Origin: a virus
Lineage: Duplodnaviria; Caudoviricetes
IMG/VR virus record: IMGVR_UViG_3300009776_000003
Coordinates: 6,708 to 70,707 of that record
DNA: 64,000 nt
Direction: 5' to 3' (one strand)
Position numbers and translations under genes: made by a program. Under the pieces are notes generated by a model that saw only the letters and a program-made list of their open reading frames with translations, was not told the origin of the DNA and did not search any database. Shown piece after piece: positions 36,534 through 44,979 of the stretch. Each line of letters opens with the position of its first letter. Positions within the stretch are counted from its first letter, which is position 1.

Positions 36534-37346
36534 TCATTTGAACTGTCCATTCGAGAATCTATTGAGGGGTAACTGCGGCATGGCCCACAGTGGCTTTCCG
36601 GATTTTAGACAACTATCGTAGTAAGAAATCCTATCTGCTAATGGCTGCCAATAATAAATCATTCCTTCCGCCGTCTTAATCCCCTTCCTGCGCAGCTCGT
36701 CTGATAGCTTGCCAATCGACTCTCCTTGCTTCCATCGCCGGTGCATCTCTGCGATGGTCTCACGCTCATCAGGCGCCGGTTCGTAAGCTATCACCCTCCA
36801 CCGATGCGCTGAGATCTGAATCTTCTTGCGCTTGAATCCAAACGCTCGCATCGGTCGCACCACCAATCCTCTCGCTTTTCGCCAAGCAATCGCTTCCTTC
36901 GTCTTCTTGGAATGCTGCTTGAGGAACAGGTCGGCGGCAAGCAACTGCGAGGTGATAATCAACACACACATCGGATCATCCATATCAATGTAGACGCCGC
37001 CTAGATGCTCTAGGCAGATGATCCTCACTCCTGATCTGTGCAGCGTGAGCAGCGTCAGGAGGGCACTGGTGAGGTTTCTGCTGAACCTGTCCCATCTCGC
37101 GGTGATCAGGATGTCTCCTGCTTTCAGGTGGGTGAGGATCTTCTGGCCATCTGGTCGATCCTCGAAGCAGATGCCGCCAGAGACATTGTTGTCCTCGAAG
37201 ATATGCTCGACTCGCAGGCCAAGCTCCTTGGCCTTGTCTCGTATCTTCTCGTTCTGGCGCTCGATGGAATCCTCATCCTCGATTGACACTCTACTGTAAC
37301 CGTAGGTCTTGCCTACGACTGGTCGGTTACTCGATTTTGCGATCAT
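36534..37346 (-). CDS. Serine recombinase (resolvase catalytic domain plus short recombinase domain)
   Basis: YGYSRVS...SIERQ, FEDNNVSG...RP, GDILITARWDRFSRN; AAGGAGG RBS. Confidence 0.92.
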   Translation of the reverse strand: MIAKSSNRPVVGKTYGYSRVSIEDEDSIERQNEKIRDKAKELGLRVEHIFEDNNVSGGICFEDRPDGQKILTHLKAGDILITARWDRFSRNLTSALLTLLTLHRSGVRIICLEHLGGVYIDMDDPMCVLIITSQLLAADLFLKQHSKKTKEAIAWRKARGLVVRPMRAFGFKRKKIQISAHRWRVIAYEPAPDERETIAEMHRRWKQGESIGKLSDELRRKGIKTAEGMIYYWQPLADRISYYDSCLKSGKPLWAMPQLPLNRFSNGQFK

Positions 37347-37363
37347 ACGTTACAATCCTCCTT

Positions 37364-38080
37364 ATGGATACATCTAATTGGCCAAAGGTTTCCTGCTTGT
37401 GTATCGCAGGAAAGTCACGCTACAACGCCACTGTACTCTTGCCAGTGGCGGTCCAGTGCTTTATCGAGCAGGACTATCCGAACAAAGAGCTGGTCGTTGT
37501 TTACGACGACAACTGGAAAGCTGTCGGCAGTGTGAGCCAGCGGTTCGACTGTAAGGATGTCCGCTGGCATGTCACCGACAAGGCGCCACTTGGAGCGCTG
37601 AGGAACAAGTCGATAGAGTTCGCCAGTTCTGGTCTGCTGGTGCAGTGGGATTCGGACGACGCATTCCATCCTCACTACGTTTCTGTGATGGTTCGCACCC
37701 ACCTGCAATCGCAGCTCCCAGTCTTCCTCAAGCGCCAACTGGTTTACGACCTGCAACGAGATGTTGCCGCCGTTCGCAGTTTTCCAAAGACTTGCATTCA
37801 TGGAGCCAACCTCCTGCCCAGAGGTGACTGGCGATACCCAGAGATTGGCGCCACCGAGGATACGGAGATCCTCAAGCACTTTCCGCATGTAGCTTTGCTC
37901 GATGCGCCAGAGTTGTACCTGCGGATGTTTACAGGCGACAACACTTGGGATCGCCTCCATGTCATGCGAGAAGCCTCCGAATGGCCCAGTGGTACTTGGA
38001 TGATACCTGAGAGGGCGATAGAGTGGGTTAGGGAAGTCACCTCTCGCTACTCTTCTTCCGATACTTCGGTTTCTGCCTAA
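37364..38080 (+). CDS. GT2 family glycosyltransferase (lone plus-strand gene)
   Basis: KVSCLC, AVQCFIEQDYPNKELVVVYD, LGALRN and VQWDSDD motifs. Confidence 0.85.
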   Translation: MDTSNWPKVSCLCIAGKSRYNATVLLPVAVQCFIEQDYPNKELVVVYDDNWKAVGSVSQRFDCKDVRWHVTDKAPLGALRNKSIEFASSGLLVQWDSDDAFHPHYVSVMVRTHLQSQLPVFLKRQLVYDLQRDVAAVRSFPKTCIHGANLLPRGDWRYPEIGATEDTEILKHFPHVALLDAPELYLRMFTGDNTWDRLHVMREASEWPSGTWMIPERAIEWVREVTSRYSSSDTSVSA

Positions 38081-38185
38081 TCACCTCCCTGATCTTCTCG
38101 ATAGATAGATCATCAATGTCGCGCTCGATGATCTTGATCATCTTTCTGGCGACAGTGCGGAGGGTTGGTTTGGGTGGTTTCTTTT

Positions 38186-38431
38186 TCATTTGGTCGCCTC
38201 TCCAAACATCACGCCAGCAAGCCCACTGATCGCGTCTAAGTGGCGATCCTTGCAGTGCTGGCATTCTCGATTGAACAGGAAGTTGCCGCAGCTTGTGCAG
38301 TGCGTTGAATGCACCCACAGTTCGCGGTCATCCAGTTTGCGGTCGTTGACAACGTCTCTGACTCCCTTGCAGTACTGGCAGACGCTGCGCATCGATCTGG
38401 TCTTTTGACCGCAGAATCGGCAATGGGCCAT
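38186..38431 (-). CDS. Multi-Zn-ribbon small protein
   Basis: CRFC/CQYC/CTSC/CQHC; GGAGGTGA RBS. Confidence 0.65.
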   Translation of the reverse strand: MAHCRFCGQKTRSMRSVCQYCKGVRDVVNDRKLDDRELWVHSTHCTSCGNFLFNRECQHCKDRHLDAISGLAGVMFGEATK

Positions 38432-38602
38432 AAGTCACCTCCAATAGTTCTCACCTCAAAACCCCACCACCCCAGCCGCCTAGCGTGAGGTGCGCGCTGG
38501 CGGCATGTTGCGGCCCTATCCGCTAGGGGTGGTGGGTAAATACGTTAGCTAAAGCCCCACCTGCCGGTCGCGAACCGGCTGATCGCGTGGGGGTGGGTGG
38601 GT

Positions 38603-38839
38603 TTAGTGAGACTCGTACTCAGAGGATCGGTCAACAATCAAACGCTTTCCATTGTAGGTCTGATTGCCGCGAATCTTGCCGCAAGTGCAGTCCTTTTGGT
38701 AGCACAGTTCACGCCGCGCTCTCTTGAGCTGCCCAGCGGTTGGATAGATGACGCACTCGTTGTGAATGTGCGATAGCACCTCACAACGTAGCGTTACGCT
38801 GGTATTGTGGAAGTCGTTTCTAAGCGTTACCAGTGGCAT
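38603..38839 (-). CDS. Hypothetical early protein
   Basis: GGAGGTGA RBS; bounded by hairpins. Confidence 0.7.
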   Translation of the reverse strand: MPLVTLRNDFHNTSVTLRCEVLSHIHNECVIYPTAGQLKRARRELCYQKDCTCGKIRGNQTYNGKRLIVDRSSEYESH

Positions 38840-38948
38840 AGCTTCACCTCCAAGCTATCTTGCCCAGCGGTTCCGCGCTGGTCGGTGGTGCCGATAGCGG
38901 CTACCTCACATACGCAGGCTGGCTAGACTGCGTATGGTGGGGTGGTCG

Positions 38949-39134
38949 CTATAAGACCGGCCGTCCGTAGTAGTCAGGAACATTAGTGTCCCATTTCCTC
39001 TCGCAGTTTTCGCAGTAGACTTCGCGCGGAGGATGTACAGTCGAGTCTACGACCGGATGGGTAAATTGCGCGTGCCCACACACTGGGCATTCCCAAGAGT
39101 AGGCTGGAGTAAGACGTACAGGTTCGCGCCGCAT
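38949..39134 (-). CDS. Small Zn-ribbon protein
   Basis: WECPVCG...CENC; its stop TAG is the first triplet of the hairpin element. Confidence 0.6.
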   Translation of the reverse strand: MRREPVRLTPAYSWECPVCGHAQFTHPVVDSTVHPPREVYCENCERKWDTNVPDYYGRPVL

Positions 39135-39138
39135 TGGA

Positions 39139-39540
39139 TCACGCCTTTCTGCTGTTGGCGACTTCATGCCACAGTTCGGTATCGCCATGGATAAACCTTG
39201 CCGTCTGCGTATCGACCCAGTCGTCGTGCTCTGATCCGGTCTGTACAAGGTCGTAGACGATCTCGCCAACTGCGCGGCTGGTATCTCCGTCTAGGTTCTG
39301 GAGATACACCCTCATGTGAGTAAACATCTCTAGCCACATGCGGCGCAGTTCGTCAAAATGGACTTGTGGGGTCATTGGCTCATCCTCTTTTAGTGGGCTT
39401 ACTGGGCTTGCTGGAATGCTGCGCCGTTGGCGCAGTTCGCCGATTGCGTGAACGACGTTTCCGAATGGTCCGCCACATCCGCGATATTCCGCGAATTTGG
39501 CTACCATTGCATCTAGCTCGGTGTCTGTGAGGATTTTCAT
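39139..39540 (-). CDS. Hypothetical protein
   Basis: GGAG RBS; coupled to the upstream ORF. Confidence 0.55.
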   Translation of the reverse strand: MKILTDTELDAMVAKFAEYRGCGGPFGNVVHAIGELRQRRSIPASPVSPLKEDEPMTPQVHFDELRRMWLEMFTHMRVYLQNLDGDTSRAVGEIVYDLVQTGSEHDDWVDTQTARFIHGDTELWHEVANSRKA

Positions 39541-39722
39541 TGATACTCGATCTCCACTGCATTGTGTAATTGCCGCAAGACATGCAAGATTTCTCTTGCT
39601 CTCTCGCGATCCTTGCAAGATTTCCGCATTGCCTGAACATCGATCGCGTAATCGATCTCTCCTGAGTCTTGCCCGCTGCCGCGAATGACAATCGCGCACA
39701 GTACGGTGTCTGATGTTTTCAT
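39537..39722 (-). CDS. Hypothetical protein
   Basis: GAAAGGAAGGA RBS; overlapping stop/start. Confidence 0.55.
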   Translation of the reverse strand: MKTSDTVLCAIVIRGSGQDSGEIDYAIDVQAMRKSCKDRERAREILHVLRQLHNAVEIEYQ

Positions 39723-39979
39723 GCTGTCCTTCCTTTCCATGGGTTGTTGGTGTGAAAACTTGTAGCGATAGCCTGCACAGTGCGGTATCGCTTGGTGTCG
39801 GTTTGGCCCCTACGTTCCAGTAGTCCCATCACGCGAAGTGCGCGCTTGTAGGGGGTGTCGTAGTGGTATTCGCCTTGATCGAAAAACGCCTCGCGCAATA
39901 CTCCTCTACCGCGCTCATTTAGGCCAGTTACGAAAAACTGCTTTCTGCAACGGACCACTTTGGGGAATAGTCTTGCCAT
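39719..39979 (-). CDS. Hypothetical early protein
   Basis: GAGGTG RBS after the hairpin. Confidence 0.65.
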   Translation of the reverse strand: MARLFPKVVRCRKQFFVTGLNERGRGVLREAFFDQGEYHYDTPYKRALRVMGLLERRGQTDTKRYRTVQAIATSFHTNNPWKGRTA

Positions 39980-40076
39980 TTTGCACCTCGGTTCTAAGGG
40001 TTAAAGTAATCTAGCGGCTACCTCGGACGCGCGGAGGGTGAGGGCCGCGCGTAATGGGGTGGTCGCTAGGGGGCTG

Positions 40077-40544
40077 CTACTTTTCAACCCCTTCCTTTCT
40101 ACGTTCGTAGCCCTTGCACCCTTCGCAATCGCCTAGCCAGTTATTGGCGATCTCGTCGTAATCTGCCCTCTCGATTGCAGATTGCAACAGGTTGCCATAC
40201 AGTGATACTCCATCGAGCGGATTGCCGTCTTCTACGCTGTCTCTGATTGTTTTCGCTAGGTTGTATCTAGCGACTTGGGATCGCGTGAGAACCTCATTAG
40301 GTTCAGCGGTATCCCACGCTGTTCTGGCTGTATCCCAAGCCCAGCGGTTGCTGCCTTCCTCATCCATGATCCAGAGATTTACGCACCAAGTTTCGTAGTT
40401 CGTCCAGCCATTGTATGTGGTGTCCTCTGGTTTGCGCGCTTCTGCCAGAGCATTCACTAGCGCGTTGTGTTCCTCGCGCAGTTCGCCGCTTTCGCGCTTG
40501 CCGATAACGCGATTAGGCCATAGCCAAGATTGAAAGGATGACAT
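40077..40544 (-). CDS. Phage early protein with YNGWTNYETW motif
   Basis: YNGWTNYETWCVNLWI is a recurrent phage DUF motif; GAGGTG RBS. Confidence 0.75.
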   Translation of the reverse strand: MSSFQSWLWPNRVIGKRESGELREEHNALVNALAEARKPEDTTYNGWTNYETWCVNLWIMDEEGSNRWAWDTARTAWDTAEPNEVLTRSQVARYNLAKTIRDSVEDGNPLDGVSLYGNLLQSAIERADYDEIANNWLGDCEGCKGYERRKEGVEK

Positions 40545-40655
40545 ACTTGCACCTCTGCCCAGTGGGGCGTTAGGGGGTTGCTTCTCCGCACACTACCCTT
40601 ATGCTGCGCTCGCAGCGTAGGGGTAGGGCGCGGAGGTGGCGCCCTAGGGGGTAGG

Positions 40656-40820
40656 TTATCTATTGGCCCTTAAGGCCAGTAGGAATGCCAGACGGCCAAT
40701 CTCTTGCGACACAACTTCCTCGGCGCGTTCCAGTTTCAGGCCGCCGCTGACGGCTTTGCGGATTGCAGAGTAAATTGCCTTGCGGAGCGTGTATTCTATC
40801 TTAGCAATCGGCTTGTTCAT
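40656..40820 (-). CDS. 54-aa hypothetical protein (missed by the ORF track)
   Basis: MNKPIAKIEYTLRKAIYSAIRKAVSGGLKLERAEEVVSQEIGRLAFLLALRANR; GAGG RBS. Confidence 0.6.
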   Translation of the reverse strand: MNKPIAKIEYTLRKAIYSAIRKAVSGGLKLERAEEVVSQEIGRLAFLLALRANR

Positions 40821-40843
40821 TTCTGCCTCTTGGGGTAGGGTGG

Positions 40844-41587
40844 TTATTCTTCAATGTACGCGAAGTATCCTTGTTCCCTCAGTTCAAAACAGCGCGCTTG
40901 GGCCGATTCGTCAGAGTAGAAAGTTTCGGTATTGTCGCCGAGATCGTTCCAGTGGATTACATAGGCGATAGCGTATTGTGCGATATCTTCCCAGTCGATG
41001 GATTCGGCGACGCGTTCCCAATGGATACACATGCCACTTCCATCTTCATACCAGTATTCGCAAGCATTGTCGGCTACCTCTGAAAATAAATCCCACATGG
41101 CGCCGCTGTCTGGCCAATTGAATTCTGCCTCAAAGCGCTTCTCTAAGTGGCGCTCAAGGTCTCTGCGGTAGCAATTGTCGAAAGTCTCTTGAGATTCCTC
41201 ATATTGAATCTCTGAATAGCGCTCCTCATCTAGGATCGGATGGTCGTTCAGCCGATCATGCGCTTCCATCCATGCGCGGAAAGCATCAGTAATCTGGCCA
41301 TTGCGATAAACGCGAATGCTGTACCCATCCACCCATCCGCAAGCCCAATGGCCATGGTGCTCTGGAAAGCAATCAGGGTCATCGCCATCCATGAATGGTT
41401 CCATGGTATCGGCGAGCGCTTCAGCATTGGCGCGATCAAGTGGGCCGCTGTCACGATTGCAAGTGTACACAATGGTCCATTGGTCCGGATCTTCCGGCCT
41501 ATCGTGCCAGCCGAAGCTTTCGAAATGGCGCCAGTTACCAGCGGCTTCGCGCGCTGCGCTTTCGAGATCGGAATGGAGAGTTGTCAT
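40844..41587 (-). CDS. Acidic phage early protein (NRDS...HWACGWV...HPILDE family)
   Basis: Motif set recurrent in phage early regions; GAGGTG RBS. Confidence 0.75.
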   Translation of the reverse strand: MTTLHSDLESAAREAAGNWRHFESFGWHDRPEDPDQWTIVYTCNRDSGPLDRANAEALADTMEPFMDGDDPDCFPEHHGHWACGWVDGYSIRVYRNGQITDAFRAWMEAHDRLNDHPILDEERYSEIQYEESQETFDNCYRRDLERHLEKRFEAEFNWPDSGAMWDLFSEVADNACEYWYEDGSGMCIHWERVAESIDWEDIAQYAIAYVIHWNDLGDNTETFYSDESAQARCFELREQGYFAYIEE

Positions 41588-41686
41588 AATCACACCTCAC
41601 AGAACTAGGGGTTTAGGGAAAACCAGCCACCACTACGCTAGCGCTAGGCCAGCGCAGAGGTGGGCGGTTTGGCGCCGCCCTAGGGA

Positions 41687-42067
41687 TTACTGCTTTGCTG
41701 TTTCGTAGGGATACGGATTGCTTTCTCTGTCAGCATACCAGCGCTTAAAGGCTTGCGATTGTTCGTCTGTCCTGTATTGGCAGACGGTTATTTCCTCAAA
41801 GTCCTGTTGGTTAGCAACTGCGCTGTCATGATGCAGGTTTCCTGTTGCCGTTAGTGGCTCAGAACAAGCGAAACGAGAGATCGTCAAACCCAACCCTGCA
41901 TTTCCGTCTCTGGCGGTAATCTTGATTGCCCTATTGCCGTCTGCGGATCTAATCCAGATCTCCGGCTGGCCGTTAGGCCAAAGGATAACTTGGGCGCCGT
42001 TGAACAGCGCAGACGGATTGTCGAATAGTTCGGCATACTGCTTTTTTGTTCTGCGGTATTTGGCCAT
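41687..42067 (-). CDS. Hypothetical early protein
   Basis: GGAGGTG RBS; bounded by hairpins. Confidence 0.7.
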   Translation of the reverse strand: MAKYRRTKKQYAELFDNPSALFNGAQVILWPNGQPEIWIRSADGNRAIKITARDGNAGLGLTISRFACSEPLTATGNLHHDSAVANQQDFEEITVCQYRTDEQSQAFKRWYADRESNPYPYETAKQ

Positions 42068-42150
42068 AATCGCACCTCCGAGAATAGGGATAGGGAACAC
42101 AACCGTACACACTCTAGCCCTTGGGAAAGGGCTAGGGGGTGGAAGGGGTG

Positions 42151-42666
42151 TTAAGCTATCCGACCACTAAACGCATGAATGTTGCGTGTGCCGACATGAG
42201 GATTAGAACAGCCCCTTATGATCCTGTCTACTTTGCCATAGCATCTTGGCCAATCAATGGTTGTACCGTCGATAGTGAGCTGAGCTGGTGAGATCTCAGG
42301 ATAGCCGTCTTTCTCCCAGTCTCGCTCGGCTGAGGTGAATTGTTCATTCTGCTCTAATCCGCAGGCGGTTCCGTTCTCCAGAATGAGGATAGTGTGACAT
42401 CCCTCATGATAGAGCGCGATAGGGGCTATTTGCCGAAGTGCATCGCAAGATAGCATTACGCTTGCGACATGAGGGGCCATTGTGTCGCCAGTGTTCCAGT
42501 TTTCGGAAAGCTTAACGTCTTCTGGGAGACCATAGGCATCGCAGAAGATACGCTTACCCTTTCGAGTAAGATCGGTAAGAATGCGAAAGCCAAGATTGTC
42601 GGCCTCACCTGTAAGCAGATCGAAACCGTATGCTCCGAGATCTAGCAAGCAACTAATGGTCTTCAT
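42151..42666 (-). CDS. Hypothetical early protein
   Basis: GAGGTG RBS; LLTGEADNLGFRILTDL motif; bounded by hairpins. Confidence 0.7.
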   Translation of the reverse strand: MKTISCLLDLGAYGFDLLTGEADNLGFRILTDLTRKGKRIFCDAYGLPEDVKLSENWNTGDTMAPHVASVMLSCDALRQIAPIALYHEGCHTILILENGTACGLEQNEQFTSAERDWEKDGYPEISPAQLTIDGTTIDWPRCYGKVDRIIRGCSNPHVGTRNIHAFSGRIA

Positions 42667-42739
42667 GGTACACCTCAAGTGATAGGGAGTAAACGCCACA
42701 CATAGAGACGCCAGCGTACTGGCGTCGTTAGTGGGGCGG

Positions 42740-42931
42740 TTACAGTCTAGGCACCTCTGAGAACAGGACCACGTTGCCTTCAATAGCCACTACGCCGCCG
42801 CGCTCGATTGCTGCGTGTGTGGCCGCTTCAAGCGTAGGATAACGGCCACAAAGGGCAGATGAGTTTTGAATGTTCTGGAGAATGTAAGGGTTGGCTGCCT
42901 TCCATCGTTCCACGTCGGATCTGGTAGTCAT
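42740..42931 (-). CDS. First gene of the small-gene array, hypothetical
   Basis: GAGGTG RBS; MTTRSDVERW... Confidence 0.6.
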   Translation of the reverse strand: MTTRSDVERWKAANPYILQNIQNSSALCGRYPTLEAATHAAIERGGVVAIEGNVVLFSEVPRL

Positions 42932-43199
42932 CTGAGCACCTCGCTTGATAGGGGATAGGGCAAACATGCTTATAAGATATCGGACTTTGGCCAGCGAATC
43001 AAGAGCATAAAGACAGACAAAGATAGATGTTGACAGGCATTCAGAGAATTTTGGCGACGCAAAGCTATTGGCGGCAATCGCTTGGAAGTATTCCGAGAAA
43101 ATTCTTGGATTGAAAATGGCGAGAGACAGCGGACACTCGGTATTCCAGTAATGATGGAGGATTGATTGACGCAAGGCAATGTCCGTTAACGGATTGTGT

Positions 43200-44766
43200 G
43201 GGCTTGACTGAAATTGCCAAGTTTGTTGTGGCAATTAGGTGGGGGATGAGAGGCGCGAGAGACAGTATATATGGTCGGTGCGAGAGACGGCGCCGAGAGC
43301 GCTCAGAGCTGGGATCAGTCTCGGAGGCGACCAGGCCGAGACCGAGACCGGATCAGCCGAGACTGATCAGGTGAGACTGGTGGGGAGCATCGCTGGCGAG
43401 AGGTGGCGGCGGATGGCTGGCGAGAGGTGGCTAGCGACGCATGCGCAGGCGCGATAGAGATACTGTCAAGCGACGATTTGGCGCAAGTCGTTGCGGGATA
43501 AGGAGTTGTGGTCGATGATAGCGTGGTTGTCTACACTTGTAGACGACGTAAGTCGTTGTGGCGTAAGGGGTTACGGTTCGAATTTTACCCCAAAAATACC
43601 GAATTTCGGCCGTCGGATACAATCCTCAATAGCCTTTTTCCCTTACAGGGGGGGCGGCAACGTCGCAACCTCTTGCGGCGCAGCCACTTGCGCCGACGCG
43701 CCGACGACCCCGCACGCCGCCACCCATCCCCCGCAGCCCCCCATCGCCGATCCGACCGTCCTTTTGGATACCTTACCACTCGAATATACGCCACCACCCT
43801 CAAGTGTATCATTTTGATACACTCTTCTGGGTGGTACCCATCATATATGCTGGCCAACTGTATCAAAATTGAACACTTCTGGCGTCACCACCCCTTCGAG
43901 CGCCATCACTTTGACTACACTTCGCCCTCCCTCACCTCCTAGATCCCTTCCCCTCGAAATACGCGCCTCCCACATCGCCTACGAGCCTCACCAGAGCCAC
44001 TTCTCCCTCACCCCCATAATTCCACCCTCGGCCTTCCCTAGCCCCTCCGCGCTCGCTGTGGCCTCACTCAGCCTCGCACTATCGCCACTTGCCGTACCCA
44101 CCACTGGAACACTCGTACCAAAAACTGGACCGTCTCTCTGGGATACCTTACCGCCGAAATATACAAAGTGATCATTCGCCTCACCTACCTTACCAACTTA
44201 GTCATCAATTCCCAAAACAGGAATCTCAAAACGTTGCCACCAAAGGACTTACGAAAACCTTGACAAAAAACAAGCATACACTTGTACAGGAGTGTATACA
44301 TTTTCTATACACCCCCCTACCTCGCCATAACTCTATTCCCCACAACCACTTGCGCCGATTTTTCGCCTTTTCAAACTGACCGTCAAAAAAAATAGTTGCA
44401 GTTTTTGAGTGACTATGGTACGCTGCGAGCAGCCGCTTAAGCGACTTAGCTGCGAGCATCCTCAGCAGTCTAGCTTATCGGCCAACTTCGCAGTCACGCT
44501 ACTACGCTATACAGCACTCTCCCGCTGAGGCGTGTCTGCTTAAGCATCGAAGCGAGTACTTCGCGAGATGCGCTTCCGCAGTCAATGCGAAGCTATTGCT
44601 TACTAGCGCTAGGAACTAAGCGCTCAGACTTAGGTACTTAAGCGCTCGAAGTCACGCCAACTGGCTCGGTGACGCTTCGCTTCAACTTGGTGCGGTAGTC
44701 TTCTTCAAAGCGAAGCGCAAAGCACAGCGAGCGGGAGCGAGCGGGTCGAGGCGAGTAGCGTGAGCG
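43200..44766. other. Large non-coding control region (candidate packaging, terminus or origin region)
   Basis: No credible ORFs. The plus strand is G-rich before a G7 run (43648-43654) and C-rich after it. Contains multiple dyads and direct repeats. Confidence 0.65.
43484..44352. repeat. Five copies of the 9-7-9 palindrome related to the attP-adjacent site
   Basis: 43484-43508, 43549-43573, 43666-43690, 44227-44251 and 44328-44352. Confidence 0.65.
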
Positions 44767-44979
44767 TTAAGCGAGCCTCGACTGCCGAGGTGTGAAGCTC
44801 ACCGGCGCGGTGGTCAAACCGCAAGAGTCTGCGTCACCGTCACAGCGGACTGGTGGGCAAATAGCGCTTGGAGCCAGCGAGGGCTCTGGGCCACCACTGG
44901 CGCCACCAGACCCACTAAGCAAACCACTCTCATGGAAAGCGTCTGGAGTGGAGAACACATACACTTCCGCCGCGGCGCC

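Larger units (their letters stand above)
38463..42738. repeat. Series of 8 intergenic hairpin elements, most with TAG...CTA at the stem base
   Basis: Elements at 38463-38536, 38549-38606, 38895-38951, 40012-40068, 40571-40646, 41614-41682, 42114-42135 and 42694-42738. Two share identical outer arms TAGCGGCTACCTC / GGGGTGGTCGCTA. Confidence 0.8.

Noticed and set aside
37347-38100. Inverted repeats flanking the GT2 gene
   Set aside because: None found by eye beyond shared SD-like CCTCC words, so inversion remains unsupported.
38463-42738. CRISPR array
   Set aside because: The repeats are non-identical hairpins separated by whole genes of variable length, not by 30-40 bp spacers.
44253-44290. 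Plus-strand promoter at TTGACA (about 44260)
   Set aside because: No acceptable -10 at 16-18 bp and no plus-strand gene downstream.
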